From Candidatus Borrarchaeum weybense (GTDB taxonomy: Archaea > Asgardarchaeota > Sifarchaeia > Borrarchaeales > Borrarchaeaceae), in NCBI GenBank assembly GCA_019057385.1, contig JAHQJS010000005.1, forward strand, positions 64,001-128,000: a stretch of 64,000 nt of DNA, written 5' to 3'. How positions within the stretch are numbered: the first letter of the stretch is position 1; each line of letters begins with the position of its first letter. The notes beneath the pieces were generated by a model. It ran no database searches and was not told the origin of the DNA. It saw nothing but the letters and a program-made list of their open reading frames with translations. Both the position numbers and the translations under genes were made by a program. Below are positions 61,177-64,000 of the stretch, piece after piece.

Positions 61177-62124
61177 ATGTCTTTCGAAGAACACCTTAAG
61201 CAAGGAAATGAGTTTTATGAACAGAAACAATACCGAAGGGCGTTAAAACATCTCACAAAGGCTGCAAAATTAAAACCAAAAGACTATCAACCTTGGCAGA
61301 AATGTGGAGATATTTATTTTACTTTGCACATCTATCAGAAGGCAATCAAATGTTGGAAAAAGGCGTTTGCGAAAAAACCTGACGAAATGTCACCCTTGGT
61401 CGGCATAGCTAATTCATACGGATTCTTGGGCGAATACGAAAAAGCCATCAAATACTGTCAAAAGATATTGAATACACAACCAAACTTTCCTTTAATTAAA
61501 CTCTTGATGAGCAATATAAAAGATGTACAAGAACATTCACCTCTTACCGATGAAGAGGTAGCAAAAATAAAAGAAGCAGATTCAAAAAAGGTCATCACAA
61601 GTGTCGTAATCCGTGGTATAGACTATTATGTTATTAATAACACATTAAAACTTCGCGATCTAAATATCAAAGATATTAAACACATCAAAGGATTGGAAAA
61701 TCTTACCAATCTCCAAGAACTTGATCTAAGCGGGAATAAAATATCAGTAATTGAGGGATTAGACACACTTTGCAATCTTCAAGAACTTAATTTAAGTGCG
61801 AATAAAATTACTATGATACAAGGTTTAGATACCCTTACCAAGTTACAAGTTTTAGAACTTTACGACAACCAGATCAATAGGATAACTGGACTGGATAACC
61901 TTACGCAATTGAAAAAGTTATATCTTAATGGGAACTCGATAGAAACAATTGACGGAGTGGAACAACTCACGAATTTGGAAGTTTTAAGCCTTGCAGATAA
62001 CCCTCTATGTGAGGAAGATCGACGCGTGTACGAACGAAGTGTGACAGCTATGGATGCCCAGTATTGTGTAAAATATTGCCAGAAAAAGATGTCGATATTT
62101 TCTACCAAGAGTCCTAATAACTAA
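61177..62124 (+). CDS. TPR + leucine-rich repeat (SDS22-like) protein
   Basis: Three TPRs followed by LxxLxxLxLxxNxIxxIxGL repeats. Confidence 0.9.
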   Translation: MSFEEHLKQGNEFYEQKQYRRALKHLTKAAKLKPKDYQPWQKCGDIYFTLHIYQKAIKCWKKAFAKKPDEMSPLVGIANSYGFLGEYEKAIKYCQKILNTQPNFPLIKLLMSNIKDVQEHSPLTDEEVAKIKEADSKKVITSVVIRGIDYYVINNTLKLRDLNIKDIKHIKGLENLTNLQELDLSGNKISVIEGLDTLCNLQELNLSANKITMIQGLDTLTKLQVLELYDNQINRITGLDNLTQLKKLYLNGNSIETIDGVEQLTNLEVLSLADNPLCEEDRRVYERSVTAMDAQYCVKYCQKKMSIFSTKSPNN

Positions 62125-62134
62125 ATAGAGAATC

Positions 62135-62220
62135 AATAGACTTCCTTTTATGATATAAAGTGATTAAAAAGGCTTTTAGTTGAAAAATCAAAGAAAGAGT
62201 AGAACCCTCTTTGTAAATAA
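62135..62220. repeat. 86-bp direct repeat, copy B
   Basis: 66/86 ungapped identity to 56781-56866. Confidence 0.7.
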
Positions 62221-62612
62221 TATGAAGACTAAGAATGTAAGTTGATGAGATCTGAAAATATTTATTTTGTTGATTTACAGATCTCTTCAAATTAATTAGT
62301 CATAATTAACTTTTCAGAAAATTTATGTAGGAGAATCCATATTACATTTTAGTTAATCATAAGAAGCGATATTAAGAAGTTACTATATGAAAGATTATTC
62401 TGATTTAAATTTTACTTTCACCCATCACACTCTAACTCTTATTTGGGTTACATTAAATGTATTAATTATGAAGTTTAGTTGTGCATTTTTGTCAAAATAA
62501 AAATGATAATAATGCAAGTATGTGCTATCAAATAAGATGAGGGGCAGAGTTTACTCTTTTTAATGGGGAAATTCAATCTTCATCTTAACAATGATTTTAG
62601 AGAGTGATAAAC

Positions 62613-63308
62613 ATGGGAGCGATCGAAGGGTTTGTAGTAGGTATTGCCTCTAATGTAGCTTATGATTTAATCAAAAAGCTTTCAAGAATTGAAATATTCA
62701 AGCAGATACCAATAAGAACTAGTTTCAGTCTTGTAATTAATTTTAGAGAAGGTATCGAGGTTATTGAAATTGATAATAATTTGACTAAGACATTTCGAGA
62801 AGAGTTTGGAATCAAAAAAGATCAGAAGAAAGTACCATTTATTGAAATTGATAATCTAAAATTATATGTACTTATAGACTACCATTATCTTGAAGATAGC
62901 GAAAAAATCATTGATGCTTTGAATGATATCTTTGAAATAAGAGAGGAAGATGCAGTTCAACCAGAATTCATAGATGCATTAACCATACAAATTTTTCCCG
63001 ATGATACGAAAGAATTAGATGACATATTAATGGTTATGGATGTTTTGAAAGATATAAAGAGACTTATTCAACGTGATTACAATATTGAAAAAGATTTGAT
63101 CTGGCTACGCTTGGATGTTGATGATGAAAAATCAGCGATCTTAATACAAAAGAAACTTGTTGAAAGTTTTCCCGAATTAATTATTATTAAAAATAAAGAT
63201 ATGCAGAATAATGTTTTTTTGAAAATAAAAGATACTAGTGACTTAGAATTAAAACAAATAATAGATGTTCTAAAATCTAACAGAATCAGAAAAATACTAC
63301 ACATTTGA
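62613..63308 (+). CDS. hypothetical protein
   Basis: Long AT-rich ORF, no recognised motif. Confidence 0.6.
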   Translation: MGAIEGFVVGIASNVAYDLIKKLSRIEIFKQIPIRTSFSLVINFREGIEVIEIDNNLTKTFREEFGIKKDQKKVPFIEIDNLKLYVLIDYHYLEDSEKIIDALNDIFEIREEDAVQPEFIDALTIQIFPDDTKELDDILMVMDVLKDIKRLIQRDYNIEKDLIWLRLDVDDEKSAILIQKKLVESFPELIIIKNKDMQNNVFLKIKDTSDLELKQIIDVLKSNRIRKILHI

Positions 63309-63317
63309 GATGATTTA

Positions 63318-64000
63318 ATGGTTTTTGTCTGCCGAGTTTTGAAAATTATGCCAAGATATGATGATCAAGTCAAGCAATTATTGAAAAAACCATCTGAAAT
63401 AGTATTTGATACAATAAGACAAAGTGAACTCATTGAATTAAAGCTATACATAGATGAACCTGCTGAAGAGAACGATTTTGGCTTTTTAATAACAGCCTAT
63501 GTTGATATACCTCAAACATTATGGAGTAAAGATACAGGTACTTATTCTACGAAAATCACAAAAAAACTAGAAGTTCAAATATTTACTACTCCTGAAGTTG
63601 GAAACTATTTAGTCGTATTTGCATCAAATATTCTTGTAAAGGAATTTGTAAATTCTGTAACTAAGATATTAAATACAGTTGAATGGTTTAAGCCAGTATT
63701 AATAGATACTGACCGAAAAGAGGAAGAGATAAGAAATGAGTTAGGCGATTTTAGGCGTGTTTACGTGAAAGATATGGATGATGATCTTGTAAAAACAGCA
63801 ACAATGGGTGGTCTAAGACTAGAATTGTCGTCAGATTATGCTAGATATATTAGAGATTATGGGGGTAGGCTAAGTGCAGTTTCGCTTATTTATGAAGGTA
63901 ATTGGATGATGATAACGTTTAGAGGAATTTTTTATTCACCTAGTAAAGATGCCGAAAGTAGGAAAGTTGAAATAATTCACAACTTACTGAAACTTCTAAA
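63318..64000 (+). CDS. hypothetical protein, truncated by window end
   Basis: Open frame MVFVCRVLKIMPRYDDQVKQLL... running off the window. Confidence 0.6.
   Translation, partial: MVFVCRVLKIMPRYDDQVKQLLKKPSEIVFDTIRQSELIELKLYIDEPAEENDFGFLITAYVDIPQTLWSKDTGTYSTKITKKLEVQIFTTPEVGNYLVVFASNILVKEFVNSVTKILNTVEWFKPVLIDTDRKEEEIRNELGDFRRVYVKDMDDDLVKTATMGGLRLELSSDYARYIRDYGGRLSAVSLIYEGNWMMITFRGIFYSPSKDAESRKVEIIHNLLKLL

Noticed and set aside
61126-62600. Terminal inverted repeat matching R3, as expected for a casposon
   Set aside because: No inverted copy of the R3 end seen and no PolB gene in the window, so a classical casposon is not supported

Overview
Archaeal chromosome window, most likely from an Asgard-type archaeon. 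Archaeal markers are the rpl21e-rpo4-DUF655-ksgA-hemK block, RadA, uL16/L10e and SufC/SufB. Asgard-like features are a single-domain gelsolin, a histone with a Lys-rich tail and a longin/uDENN-like protein. Most of the window is redox, sulfur-relay and housekeeping genes, plus a tyrosine integrase, a TnpB IS200/IS605 element and two ~45-bp end-fusion derivatives of it. The standout is a non-canonical CRISPR-derived locus at ~53.9-62.2 kb on the minus strand. It encodes a 1363-aa Ski2/Hel308-helicase-wHTH-Zn-finger-Cas1 fusion, a Csm3-like Cas7 and a Cas5-like RAMP fused to a Cas10-type HD domain. There is no classical array. Instead, three long structured repeats (89-148 bp) are each followed by a variable segment. 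One segment matches the cas7 promoter with mismatches at positions 6, 24, 30 and 36 from the repeat edge, the Cas7-backbone flip-out register. Another matches DNA just outside the last repeat. A second, stand-alone Cas7 + Cas5-HD pair at 16.6-18.3 kb is linked to an RHH regulator. All alignments were done by eye and no database searches were run.
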